From a virus (lineage: Duplodnaviria; Caudoviricetes), in IMG/VR virus record IMGVR_UViG_3300042481_000186, positions 1-26,921 of that record: DNA of 26,921 nt. One strand, given 5' to 3'. Positions 15,729-25,376 of the stretch are shown here, piece after piece; within the stretch, counting starts at the first letter, position 1, and every line of letters starts with the position of its first letter. Position numbers and translations under genes: made by a program. The notes below the pieces were generated by a model, which worked only from the letters and a program-made list of their open reading frames with translations, had not been told where the DNA came from and did not search any database.

Positions 15729-16733
15729 ATGGCTGGACCTGCAAAATCTGCAACGAGAATTGAGGCCGAGCGGCTGTGTAAAGCGTTTCCTGATACGGCT
15801 ACCAGAACGCTGGCCAAGCGCATGTCGGAATCCCATAAATGCACGATTGAAACTGCAAGGAATTCGATTCGCACTGTGCGAGGAAACATGGGAAAGCAGC
15901 ATCGAGAACAAACCGCAGACAAGTCATTGTTCCGAGAACCCCGACAGCCAGGGGAGCTTTTGGAGATGCCTCCGAGTTTGGCGGAACCGTGGTTGCCGTT
16001 TGATCTGGGGCGAGGCATTCGCGTTGCAATCCTGTCTGATATTCACGTCCCGTATCATTCGCCAACCGCACTTAAGGCGGCGGTTGACTACACAAAAAAG
16101 CGTAACCCGAATGTTTTGTTTCTGAATGGAGACTTTGCGGACTATTACACTATCAGCCGACACCAGAAAGATCCTTCGAAGCGAGACTTCAAAGGTGAGA
16201 TGAAGGCAATTCGCGAGGGACTGGCATGGTTGCGTCAGCAATACGGTTCTGAATGCCGGATCGTTTACAAACTAGGTAATCATGAAGAGCGATGGCAGCA
16301 TTACCTTTGGAACTTTGCCCCTGAAATCAGCGACGATCCACGAATGGATATCGCGGAATGGATTGACGCGGCGAAATACGGGATTGAGGTTGTTGGCGAT
16401 CAGCGTCCCGTGCTGATTGGGGATCTTCCAGTTTTGCACGGCCACGAACTTGGCAAGGGTGGGGTTGCCGCACCGGTCAATCCCGCTCGCGGATTGTGGC
16501 TGCGTACCAGTGGTACAATGCTAATTGGTCACGGACATCGAACAAGCCATCACGTTGAGCCAGATTGGCAGCACAAGCAAACGTCGTGTTGGTCAACGGG
16601 TTGCCTGTGTGATTTGAGTCCTGAATATGCTAGGGTCAACAAATGGAATTGGGGAGCTGCGTTCGTGCAAGAAAGCAATGGGTTTGAGGTGGACAACTTT
16701 CGTATCGGTAAATTCGGAGAAATCTGGAAATGA
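15729..16733 (+). CDS. Calcineurin-like metallophosphoesterase
   Basis: SDIHVP, NGDFAD, GNHE, HGH and GHGH motifs. Confidence 0.9.
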   Translation: MAGPAKSATRIEAERLCKAFPDTATRTLAKRMSESHKCTIETARNSIRTVRGNMGKQHREQTADKSLFREPRQPGELLEMPPSLAEPWLPFDLGRGIRVAILSDIHVPYHSPTALKAAVDYTKKRNPNVLFLNGDFADYYTISRHQKDPSKRDFKGEMKAIREGLAWLRQQYGSECRIVYKLGNHEERWQHYLWNFAPEISDDPRMDIAEWIDAAKYGIEVVGDQRPVLIGDLPVLHGHELGKGGVAAPVNPARGLWLRTSGTMLIGHGHRTSHHVEPDWQHKQTSCWSTGCLCDLSPEYARVNKWNWGAAFVQESNGFEVDNFRIGKFGEIWK

Positions 16734-17662
16734 ACTACGGCTACGTTTACGATCCCGACAGAATCGCAGCGGCAAAAGAGCGAATGACATCGGCTGGGTT
16801 TGCCACGTCGTTTGACGCTGATCGACCGCAACTCAAGGGCCACTGGGAACAAACAAAATCCCGTGGCGTAACGATGGTACTCGCTCAGGTTGATGAACTC
16901 AAAGCGACCGGGGTTAATCGACCGTCAAACGAACAGCGGCGGGGGACGTGCGTTGGTCAAGGGTCTGGCCGGTCGATCGTTGATAAACTCAATAGCATGA
17001 TTGCCGACAAGTCAATCGTTTGTAAGCCAACCGAAGTTGCCGCCGAGGTCATGTACGGATACCAGAGAAAAAAGCGATGGCGACAAACGCACCCGTGGGG
17101 ATGCCAATGCGGGAATTGCCCTGACGGATTAACAGGCCAAGACGCTGCTGAGCATTACTCAATGCAGGGTGTTGTGCCTCGCGGAATTTACGGTGGTGTT
17201 GATTTATCCAAGCCAAACGAGCAACTGGCGATCACCTGGAATAACATCGGCGTTCCGTCGAATCTTCTTGAGGTCGCATCGAACCACAAGATCATCTGTC
17301 ATGCCAGTCAATCGTGGGATGAATACGCGGACGCAATCTCCGCCAAACATTGGGGCTGGGTGTGCTTGCCTGGGATCTGTCAGGCCACGTCCATTGATAA
17401 AGATTATTGTTGTCGGATTGACGGCGGAGGTGGGCACTGTACCGAATGCTGCGGTGTTGTGGTCTTGCCAAATTACGAGACAGCATTCATCATGCAGCAG
17501 TCTTGGGGAAACGCGATCCAGTATCCCAGATTTATCCAGACGATGAACGGTCCGCTGATGCTTCGGCAGGGATCTTACGCGGTCAGGCAATCTGAACTGG
17601 AACGGTTGGGGAATCAGGTCGAACGGCATTCGTGCGACATCCCAACGTCGTCAGCATTTTAG
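16730..17662 (+). CDS. Papain-like (C1-type) cysteine peptidase
   Basis: QRRGTCVGQG (oxyanion Q and catalytic C), GGGHC, QQSWG. Confidence 0.75.
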   Translation: MNYGYVYDPDRIAAAKERMTSAGFATSFDADRPQLKGHWEQTKSRGVTMVLAQVDELKATGVNRPSNEQRRGTCVGQGSGRSIVDKLNSMIADKSIVCKPTEVAAEVMYGYQRKKRWRQTHPWGCQCGNCPDGLTGQDAAEHYSMQGVVPRGIYGGVDLSKPNEQLAITWNNIGVPSNLLEVASNHKIICHASQSWDEYADAISAKHWGWVCLPGICQATSIDKDYCCRIDGGGGHCTECCGVVVLPNYETAFIMQQSWGNAIQYPRFIQTMNGPLMLRQGSYAVRQSELERLGNQVERHSCDIPTSSAF

Positions 17663-17674
17663 GAGGCGATACAA

Positions 17675-17800
17675 ATGGATGTGTGGTCGAATCCGTTTAC
17701 GCAGGCGGACATTGACGAGTACGAGAAACTTCGCAAGGAAAAAGACCTGCCGTCAGTGACCAGAATTAAACCGTTACCAAAACAAGGGGAATCGACATGA
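17675..17800 (+). CDS. Small hypothetical protein (41 aa)
   Basis: AGGAGG SD; ATGA coupling to the next gene. Confidence 0.5.
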   Translation: MDVWSNPFTQADIDEYEKLRKEKDLPSVTRIKPLPKQGEST

Positions 17801-18918
17801 AGCGAGAATGGATCTTTGCGTTGATTGTGGCGTTGTTTGCGGGCCTCGCATTCGCGGACGATAAAGCAATTGTTGACGTTGCCGAAGCGGCTGTGTGGGT
17901 GGCACAGAATCAATTCCCGGCATTGGAGGCGGACGTATTCCAAGGCAAGTCGCCTGAACCGATTGAGGTTGAGTTCGTCAAACAAACTTTGGTCAGCGAT
18001 GTGCTTCCGGCTCAGTTAATTGTCAGGCACTGGAAGCGTGGGTGTGCCCAAGGCAATCGCCAAGTACGCGACATCAACGCCACATTGAAACCACTGAAAT
18101 GGATCATCGGTGAAACTGCCGACTGTCAAATCATGCTGATTGAAACCGAAGATCAATCGTATCCATGCCCGACGATTGAACTGTATCAACGCGGAACGAT
18201 CATCAAAACTTGGACGGGATACCAATCAACCGAGGTTCTTTCTCACGAACTTCTTGCGGCGTGGAATGGTGCTGGACCGGCTCCTGTGATTTCACAGGCT
18301 GGAAATGCGGGAGCGATTAAAGGCAAGCAGCAGATTAAAGATATGCTGACATGGTGGAGAACGAACATTGGTGAGGGCGTGAAAGCCACGGCACGATGGG
18401 ACCGCACTGGAGCACAGACATTTCCATTGTTGGCCAAAGGCGATTGGTCAGTCGGTGCGTTGTGTGGCAAGTACGGTCATGCCGAATTGTCGGCCAAGGG
18501 TTCAAAGCTCCCGATTGATGCGATAGGCTTCGGATACAAGGTCAACAACAATGACTTGACGTTCGACATCGACCCGCTGACAATCAGCGTGCTGAAGTTG
18601 AATCAACCGACATCAATCAAAGCGGGACCATCTGAGTTTGGGCCGAGTACATTACTCACCGTAGTTACCGTAATGCGGGGAATCTACTCGCTACTCAATC
18701 CGACCTGCGACCTGCAATTGGGAGGGACCGTATCAGCGACTGGTGTTCTCAGCGGTGATATGTTGGCGATCGACTTCGAAGCCTGTCCGTCGATCAAGTT
18801 GGTGGCGTTGTTCACGTTTCAGTTGGCGGTGAAACGACTGGAAATCAAGGCGGATTCGGTTCGGGTGGTGTTCACCGGATCAAGGCTCGTGAAAGAGCGG
18901 ACGTTTGCGGTTCAATAA
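17797..18918 (+). CDS. Secreted protein, possibly with a degenerate thioredoxin-like domain
   Basis: Signal peptide MKREWIFALIVALFAGLAFA; HWKRGC...CPTIELYQRG..IKTWTGY. Confidence 0.6.
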   Translation: MKREWIFALIVALFAGLAFADDKAIVDVAEAAVWVAQNQFPALEADVFQGKSPEPIEVEFVKQTLVSDVLPAQLIVRHWKRGCAQGNRQVRDINATLKPLKWIIGETADCQIMLIETEDQSYPCPTIELYQRGTIIKTWTGYQSTEVLSHELLAAWNGAGPAPVISQAGNAGAIKGKQQIKDMLTWWRTNIGEGVKATARWDRTGAQTFPLLAKGDWSVGALCGKYGHAELSAKGSKLPIDAIGFGYKVNNNDLTFDIDPLTISVLKLNQPTSIKAGPSEFGPSTLLTVVTVMRGIYSLLNPTCDLQLGGTVSATGVLSGDMLAIDFEACPSIKLVALFTFQLAVKRLEIKADSVRVVFTGSRLVKERTFAVQ

Positions 18919-18936
18919 AAAAAAGGGGAGGCGATC

Positions 18937-19515
18937 TTGTCTACGGTGCTTGCGGTAATTGGGTGTGTGGGAACGGTTGTTTTGTGGGGATTGTTATGCT
19001 GGGTTTGTCGGGAATACAAACGCGAAATGCTGGCCGCGACGCAAACAATGAAGAATCAAAAATCGACAATTGACGCGATGATTGAATATCGCGGGATCGA
19101 TCGAGAAAAACTTCTGGCAATTAAAGCCAGCGTTGCCGAGCGGGACGAAACGATTGTCAAACTTGAGGCTGAGGTCCAGCGACTTCAAGGATTCATCCAA
19201 GGTCACGAACAGACGATTGCTGACGGAACAAAGATCATTGCGGAATTGCGTGAGCAAAGCATTCGGTCAACTGAACACAACAACTCATTGCGGAATGAGA
19301 ACACCGAACTGTACAGGCAATTGGATGTACTGAGAAAAGCCTTCCGGGAACTTGAACTGAATGTCGAAACTCGCGGAGGCCAATCGCTGGACCTGAATAC
19401 GGCGTGGCACATGACGGACAAACCGCTTGACGTGAAGCAGAAGTATCTTCTTGATGACACTCCGCTTGACGATGACGGCTCGGGTGTGGTAGATTTGAAG
19501 CCATACGGAGAGTGA
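18937..19515 (+). CDS. N-terminal TM plus long coiled-coil protein
   Basis: GGAGG SD with TTG start; hydrophobic N-terminus; heptad pattern. Confidence 0.65.
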   Translation: MSTVLAVIGCVGTVVLWGLLCWVCREYKREMLAATQTMKNQKSTIDAMIEYRGIDREKLLAIKASVAERDETIVKLEAEVQRLQGFIQGHEQTIADGTKIIAELREQSIRSTEHNNSLRNENTELYRQLDVLRKAFRELELNVETRGGQSLDLNTAWHMTDKPLDVKQKYLLDDTPLDDDGSGVVDLKPYGE

Positions 19516-19616
19516 TCGGAACGCTTGAACTCGGTGAGAGGGGGTGATCCTTGAATCTGTTCGGATGGTTGCTGAAGTTAGCGACCGATCTTTTTCACTT
19601 GCGACAGAGAGTCAAC

Positions 19617-19850
19617 ATGACTTCACAAGAAATTGCGTCAATCAAAGTTGCCTACCAAGCATTTCGAAATGATGTTGTGTCCATCGTCACTGGACTGCAA
19701 GCCAAAATTGCGGACCTTCGATCGCACCTGGAATCAGTCAGCGCCGATCCAGTGGCAGTTGATGAACTGCTGAAGGAGATTGAGGCGGACCACATTGCGT
19801 TACTGTCTCCTGAATCGGAACCCGCCGAGATCGTTGATGCATCGGCTTAA
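19617..19850 (+). CDS. Hypothetical coiled-coil protein
   Basis: ORF in the operon; start could be 19551. Confidence 0.55.
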   Translation: MTSQEIASIKVAYQAFRNDVVSIVTGLQAKIADLRSHLESVSADPVAVDELLKEIEADHIALLSPESEPAEIVDASA

Positions 19851-19863
19851 GTCGGAGTCTGCC

Positions 19864-20208
19864 ATGATTCTGAGTCAAGTCGATCCACTCGCCGCAGCAG
19901 ATAAAATCCCGAAATCCCGTGACGAATTACTCGTTTGGGGTTGCGGGATTTTCATTCTTTTGATGGTGGGAATTATTGTCACTGGCGGGAAGTTTATTCT
20001 CAGCCAAGTCACGAAACTGCAAGACGAAACATTTGCAATGGCCGAAAAGTTCTCAAACGAGATCCAAAAATCTCGGGCGGAGTTTTTGGCTGAACAGGAA
20101 AAGGGACGAGTGTTTCACGCGCAACAAATGCGAGAGATGCACACGGAACATCAAGAGACCGTTGACAGACTAATCCGAGCCTATGAGTCAAGGATATCCC
20201 GTGAGTGA
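19864..20208 (+). CDS. Single-TM membrane protein (holin-like candidate)
   Basis: LLVWGCGIFILLMVGIIVTGG followed by a charged helix. Confidence 0.6.
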   Translation: MILSQVDPLAAADKIPKSRDELLVWGCGIFILLMVGIIVTGGKFILSQVTKLQDETFAMAEKFSNEIQKSRAEFLAEQEKGRVFHAQQMREMHTEHQETVDRLIRAYESRISRE

Positions 20209-20476
20209 GGCTGATTTCACAAAACTGGCTCAGGTTCTTCGGTCTACAATCGTGTCATCAATCATGTCGTCTATTTGGATCTCGGTTGCCATCAGCCTGT
20301 TAATCAGTTTGCCAATGCTATTTTTCATCATTTCGTTTTCGTTACACCCCATTGAACTTCGCTTGGATCGGATCGAAAGACAACGAGGCGACAGCCGAAC
20401 CATTCAAATCAATGAGCGTCCTGTTACGACCGACGAAAACATCAGAGACATATTAAAGCAACGGGGAGAGTTATGA
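20201..20476 (+). CDS. Membrane protein
   Basis: Long hydrophobic segment IVSSIMSSIWISVAISLLISLPMLFFIISF. Confidence 0.6.
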   Translation: MSEADFTKLAQVLRSTIVSSIMSSIWISVAISLLISLPMLFFIISFSLHPIELRLDRIERQRGDSRTIQINERPVTTDENIRDILKQRGEL

Positions 20477-20691
20477 CTTGCGAACAACTCAGAGCGTCGA
20501 TTGCCACGCTGAACGCCGAGAATACGGAACTGTCCGCACGAATCACGCAAGACAATGCAGCGGTGACTGCCGCACAAAACGCATTGACGGTCGCAATGAA
20601 AACACTGAAGACCGACACGGATAAACATCAAGCCAACAAGACTAAGATCACCATGCTTCAGGCAAAACTGAAGATGCAAAATTGCCCTTGA
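20473..20691 (+). CDS. Coiled-coil protein with terminal cysteines
   Basis: ATGA coupling; heptad pattern. Confidence 0.6.
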   Translation: MTCEQLRASIATLNAENTELSARITQDNAAVTAAQNALTVAMKTLKTDTDKHQANKTKITMLQAKLKMQNCP

Positions 20692-20701
20692 AAGGAATTT
20701 T

Positions 20702-21205
20702 ATGCAGCTCGACGTTTGGATCGGATTTGATGATTTCTTGGGAAAGACGGACGCCGAATGCGTCGAGATCATGTGTCATGAGAGTGTGACCAAAGACCAC
20801 TCGCTGTGGAACTACACGCGAGTTTACCAAGCGTTCGGATTGACGGTTGCCGAGGCGGTGTTCCAGCGGTTGATTGCAGACGGAATGGAAGCTGCCGCGC
20901 TGACTTACAAAGACCCTGGGATTGACGTTAGTCTGGATGAATCGCAAGCCGCTTTGTTGTCGTGGGGATCGGACCCAGTGATTGGGGCTTCAGCGTTGGC
21001 ATTGCGTGCAATCGGAGTTCAGCGAAACCCGAAATGGACACTCTACGGATTCCCAAGTGCTCCAACTGAATCCGACGTGTCAGCCGCAAGGTTAAGTCGA
21101 ACAGAAAAAGCCGAGTCGCAACAGTTTTCCGACGAAGTTTGGAATGCACTGATTCGTTCCGGCGCAACGAAAGCCCAGTTAAAAGCCGCTGTAGCGGGGT
21201 GGTGA
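20702..21205 (+). CDS. Hypothetical protein
   Basis: AAAGGA SD; 167-aa ORF. Confidence 0.65.
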   Translation: MQLDVWIGFDDFLGKTDAECVEIMCHESVTKDHSLWNYTRVYQAFGLTVAEAVFQRLIADGMEAAALTYKDPGIDVSLDESQAALLSWGSDPVIGASALALRAIGVQRNPKWTLYGFPSAPTESDVSAARLSRTEKAESQQFSDEVWNALIRSGATKAQLKAAVAGW

Positions 21206-21206
21206 A

Positions 21207-22265
21207 ATGGCAATCGGACGATTCAGGCTACTTGATTCGTGGGAAGTGCTTTCGTCCACAGCATTCACGTCTTTTGCGTTAAATGCCGCTACCAATAGTG
21301 TCGGAGCGGTGTTCGCATTCGAGGGCGGTCGCGGCGCAATTACTAAGGTGATGCTCAACACAACGTCGATCACCTCTCCTCCTACTTACACGGTAGACTT
21401 ACAGGGCGTTTCCAGTAGAGCCACTCCGAATGGTACGGTATACGGAGGCGGAACTGCGAGCGGAACGTTTGTCCCAGTCGTCGGGATCAACACCGTAACG
21501 CTGGCGACGCCATACTCGGGCACTCCAGGCGACCAGATGCAAATCGTAATCAACTCAGCGTCTGCTGCGGTTGGTGCAACAGCCAGCATTGTAACTAGGG
21601 TCACGAACACTGGCGGTTCTGTTGGCTTGCCGTATGCCGCTCAACAATCCGCAGGAACTTGGGCTGTGGTTTCGGCGGGGATGCCGTCAATTTGTCCCAT
21701 ATACGCTGACGGGTCTGTCGGAACAGGGTTTATTTGCCCAGCTTCAATCGCCAACTCAGTCCCAACATCGTCCAGTAATCCCTATTACGTCGGCAACACA
21801 TATACCCCGCCAGTCGATTGCGTTTGCACTGGGGTGTATTTGAGTGCCCGCGTGGCATCCGGGTCCAATTTTGTTTTGTCGGTCTATTCTGGAGCAACAC
21901 CAACGCTAGTGGGATCGGCTCCTACGTTCATCGTCGATAAGATGGCATCGTCAATTGGCGGTGTGTTTTCGCATTTCGTCCCGCTCTCAGACTCTTTGTC
22001 GATGACGGCCGGCGTGCAATATCGATTCGTCCTGAATATGACATCTGCAACCGCATTCACAACGCAGGTTGTTCCGACATTTTCCTCTCAGGCGATCCGC
22101 GAGTCATACTCAGGACTGCTGTTTGCGACGACCTCGCCGAGTGCTGTCGCATTCACTGACAATCAATTGGCGGTGTACCCGCTTGTTCCTAAGATCGAGG
22201 CTGTTACAAACTCAAGTGGTGGTGTTATGTTTCAGCGAAATATGACAGGGGGCTTTGCGGGATGA
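21207..22265 (+). CDS. Putative virion structural protein (S/T/G/A/V-rich, beta)
   Basis: Composition and position upstream of terminase. Confidence 0.6.
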   Translation: MAIGRFRLLDSWEVLSSTAFTSFALNAATNSVGAVFAFEGGRGAITKVMLNTTSITSPPTYTVDLQGVSSRATPNGTVYGGGTASGTFVPVVGINTVTLATPYSGTPGDQMQIVINSASAAVGATASIVTRVTNTGGSVGLPYAAQQSAGTWAVVSAGMPSICPIYADGSVGTGFICPASIANSVPTSSSNPYYVGNTYTPPVDCVCTGVYLSARVASGSNFVLSVYSGATPTLVGSAPTFIVDKMASSIGGVFSHFVPLSDSLSMTAGVQYRFVLNMTSATAFTTQVVPTFSSQAIRESYSGLLFATTSPSAVAFTDNQLAVYPLVPKIEAVTNSSGGVMFQRNMTGGFAG

Positions 22266-23518
22266 GTGAATACATTTATTTCGGGCTAACGTCGCAATCA
22301 ATTGACCTGTTCGCGAACGACACGTCGTCAACTGTCGGAGCCGGACTGTCTGGATTACTGCATAACTCGCCAGGGATTCAGGCAGCATATCGAATCGGAG
22401 CAAGTGGAACCGTCACGTCGTTTTCCCTAGTCACTCAAACAGTTGGGGCGGCGTGGGTATCGGGGGGCTTCGTCGAAGTCGATCCATCACTAATGAAAGG
22501 TGTGTACAGGCTGGACTTGCCAAACGTCGTTTCGGGAACCGAAGCATTCGTGACGGTCTATTTGTCGGGTGCTGCGAACATGGGGCCGATTGTCCTGAGA
22601 CTGGATTGTAAGCCGCTTGCTGTGGACGTGCGGCGAGTTGACTCACAATCTGCCAACGCAGCCGCAGCCGTGACATTTCCGGCGACGATTGCCAGCACGA
22701 CGAACATCACGACAGCAACCGGAATCACAGTCTCCACAAACAATGACAAGACGGGATATTCTCTGGCGACAGCACCACCAACGTCATCGGCAATTGCGGC
22801 GGAAGTTTGGGGCTCTCTGACAACGACAAACTGGGGAGCGAATTCGTTCGGAAATTTTGTACTGGTTGCCAGCAATAGCCACAGAACTGTGCAAGTGACC
22901 GGGTCTCATCACATTGCCAGTGTTGTTCATGACATGCAGCCGGATGTGATTAACGCATCGGCATTAGCGACGGATGCGGTTACTGAGATCGTGTCGGCCA
23001 CATTGACTGCAATGTATGTCGATGGGGCCACAAACAAACTGAAAGTTAACGCGGACAATACCGTCAACGCAACTGTCTCGGGAACAATCGTCAATTACGT
23101 CACGATCCCTTCGGCGGTGGCTCAGGCGTCAATTCTCGCAGCTCAGATCACGGCAGTTCGCGGCGATACCCTTACGGTTTCTTTGCCTATTATGGGAAGT
23201 CTTGTGGGCAGAACGGGCCTAGTGTTTACGGCCAAGAAATCTGTAAGCGATTCGGATGCTGAATCAATTCTTCAGGTCAGCGAATCTGGCGGGCTAATGA
23301 TCCTGAATGGCAGCACGTCGATCATTGGAACTGCACAGCTTTCCGTGACAAACGCTACGACAGGTGCAGTCAATTTGACACTATCGGCGGCAACAACCGC
23401 AACAATTCCGCTATTTGACTATTTGTGGGATTGTCAAAAAGTGTTATCATCTGGAGTCAGTACGCCAATCAACGGCGTGTTGTCAGTGACAGGGGACGTG
23501 ACAAGGAGTACGAGTTAA
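22262..23518 (+). CDS. Putative virion structural protein with a BppU-like C-terminal domain
   Basis: T/A/S-rich; VRGDTL...FTAK...TGAVNLTLS...YLWDCQ...GVLSVTGDVT. Confidence 0.6.
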   Translation: MSEYIYFGLTSQSIDLFANDTSSTVGAGLSGLLHNSPGIQAAYRIGASGTVTSFSLVTQTVGAAWVSGGFVEVDPSLMKGVYRLDLPNVVSGTEAFVTVYLSGAANMGPIVLRLDCKPLAVDVRRVDSQSANAAAAVTFPATIASTTNITTATGITVSTNNDKTGYSLATAPPTSSAIAAEVWGSLTTTNWGANSFGNFVLVASNSHRTVQVTGSHHIASVVHDMQPDVINASALATDAVTEIVSATLTAMYVDGATNKLKVNADNTVNATVSGTIVNYVTIPSAVAQASILAAQITAVRGDTLTVSLPIMGSLVGRTGLVFTAKKSVSDSDAESILQVSESGGLMILNGSTSIIGTAQLSVTNATTGAVNLTLSAATTATIPLFDYLWDCQKVLSSGVSTPINGVLSVTGDVTRSTS

Positions 23519-23520
23519 TC

Positions 23521-23913
23521 ATGGGTGAACAAGAAATCGAACCGTTCCTAGAAGACAATCGCCAAATGGCGAAAGATCTTCGCATGATCAACATGGCGAT
23601 CAGGCGAGGATGGAAGGTTGACGACGAAACGAAAGAAATTCTGATTCAGAGAATGGTAGAAGTCGCCAAGAAAACCACAGTCGCCGTTGCTACGTCAACC
23701 GGAATTCAGGACGTGGAATCAATTGCAGACAGTAACGCAATTCGAGCTGCTGCAATCTTGCTCAGCATGGAATCTCAAAACATGGCTCGGCAACATCACG
23801 CCGAAGACCAAGGCAAGAACAAAACGCAAATCAACATCGACAATCGACGGGTGTTAGTGTTGCCATCAAACGGCAGGGAAAGCGTTGAAATCAATGTCAG
23901 CGAAAACGATTGA
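23521..23913 (+). CDS. Probable terminase small subunit
   Basis: Helical 130-aa ORF directly upstream of TerL; ends in VLVLPSNGRE. Confidence 0.55.
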   Translation: MGEQEIEPFLEDNRQMAKDLRMINMAIRRGWKVDDETKEILIQRMVEVAKKTTVAVATSTGIQDVESIADSNAIRAAAILLSMESQNMARQHHAEDQGKNKTQINIDNRRVLVLPSNGRESVEINVSEND

Positions 23914-25375
23914 ACCCCACAAAGGGCCGCAAACTAAATTCCTGTCCTCACGGGCAGATATTGCCATTTACGGTGGCCAAGCAGGCGGCGGGAAATCTTG
24001 GGCACTGCTCGTTGATGGTGCGAGGAACATTGATAATCCGAAGTATCACGCTGTCATTTTTCGCCGAACATCTCCACAGATCACAAACGCGGGTGGACTG
24101 TGGGACGAATCACTTAACATCTACCCATTGCTGACAAACAAGAGTCCTAAGACAGGCGATTTGGAATGGCACTTCGATTCGGGTGCGAAGATTTTGTTCC
24201 GCCACTTACAGCACGCAAGCGATGCACGATCATGGCAGGGATCAGCCATTGCATATCTTGCGTTTGACGAACTGACGCATTTTGAGGAATCGCAGTTCTG
24301 GTATCTGATGTCTCGAAACCGCTCCACATGCGGGATCAGGCCATACATTCGAGCGACAACTAATCCAGTTCCCGCAGACGATCCAACTGGAGGGTGGGTG
24401 CGACGGCTGATTGATTGGTGGATTGACCCAGTGAGCGGGATTGCAATTCCAAAGCGATCTGGCGTCATTCGGTGGTTCGTCCGTGTGAACAACGAACTTC
24501 ATTGGGCTGATTCAGCAGACGAATTGATTATCAAGTTTGATGGGATGAAAGACATCACACCCAAGTCGCTCACGTTCATTCCCGCGAAACTTGAAGACAA
24601 TCCGACAATGGCAAAACTTGACCCGAACTACAGGGGTAACTTGCTGGCGTTGCCGGACGTGGAAAGAAAACGGCTACTGGAAGGCAACTGGAACGTCAAG
24701 GCGCAAGCGGGGATGTTCTACAAGGTTGGAAAAATTCAAATCGTTGACGCTCTTCCCGCAGGTCTGAGGTATTGCCGTGCATGGGACTTAGCGGCGACGG
24801 AAGGTGCTGGCGATTGGACGGTTGGAGCAAAACTCGGAAAAGACAACCATGGGTTTTTGTACATTGCTGACGTTGTTCGAGGTCAATGGGAATCAAGCAA
24901 CCGAGATAACCAGATCTTGAATTGCGCAAAATCTGATGGCCGATGCACGATCAGGTTGCCGCAAGATCCTGGGGCCGCAGGAAAGTCAGACGGCCAGAGG
25001 CTGGTACGGATGCTGGCGGGGCACAACGTGAAGTTGCTGTCAGTTCGAGGCGACAAGGAAACACGAGGAAGCGGGTTTGCGTCACAGTTAAACGCTGGCA
25101 ACGTTCGAATGCTTCGAGCACCGTGGAACGCCGCACTAACGCAGGAACTTGACGCATTTCCGACAAAAGGATACGCAGACGATCAATGCGATGCTTGTGC
25201 TGACGCAGCAGCGGAATTGTCGGCAAAACAACATGTGGTAATTGGAATTGGGGAAAGCGAAGAGGATCGTTCACCGCCAAACAGATATCAGTCAATGCTG
25301 GAAGACGACGATTCAGATTTGATCGTAATGCCATTGCCACCGGATGGTCGGCGTACTGTTTTCATAGGGATATAA
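23894..25375 (+). CDS. terL: Terminase large subunit
   Basis: YGGQAGGGKS Walker A, AFDELTHF Walker B, ATTNP, RAWDLAA nuclease motif, DDQCDA. Confidence 0.95.
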   Translation: MSAKTIEPHKGPQTKFLSSRADIAIYGGQAGGGKSWALLVDGARNIDNPKYHAVIFRRTSPQITNAGGLWDESLNIYPLLTNKSPKTGDLEWHFDSGAKILFRHLQHASDARSWQGSAIAYLAFDELTHFEESQFWYLMSRNRSTCGIRPYIRATTNPVPADDPTGGWVRRLIDWWIDPVSGIAIPKRSGVIRWFVRVNNELHWADSADELIIKFDGMKDITPKSLTFIPAKLEDNPTMAKLDPNYRGNLLALPDVERKRLLEGNWNVKAQAGMFYKVGKIQIVDALPAGLRYCRAWDLAATEGAGDWTVGAKLGKDNHGFLYIADVVRGQWESSNRDNQILNCAKSDGRCTIRLPQDPGAAGKSDGQRLVRMLAGHNVKLLSVRGDKETRGSGFASQLNAGNVRMLRAPWNAALTQELDAFPTKGYADDQCDACADAAAELSAKQHVVIGIGESEEDRSPPNRYQSMLEDDDSDLIVMPLPPDGRRTVFIGI

Positions 25376-25376
25376 C

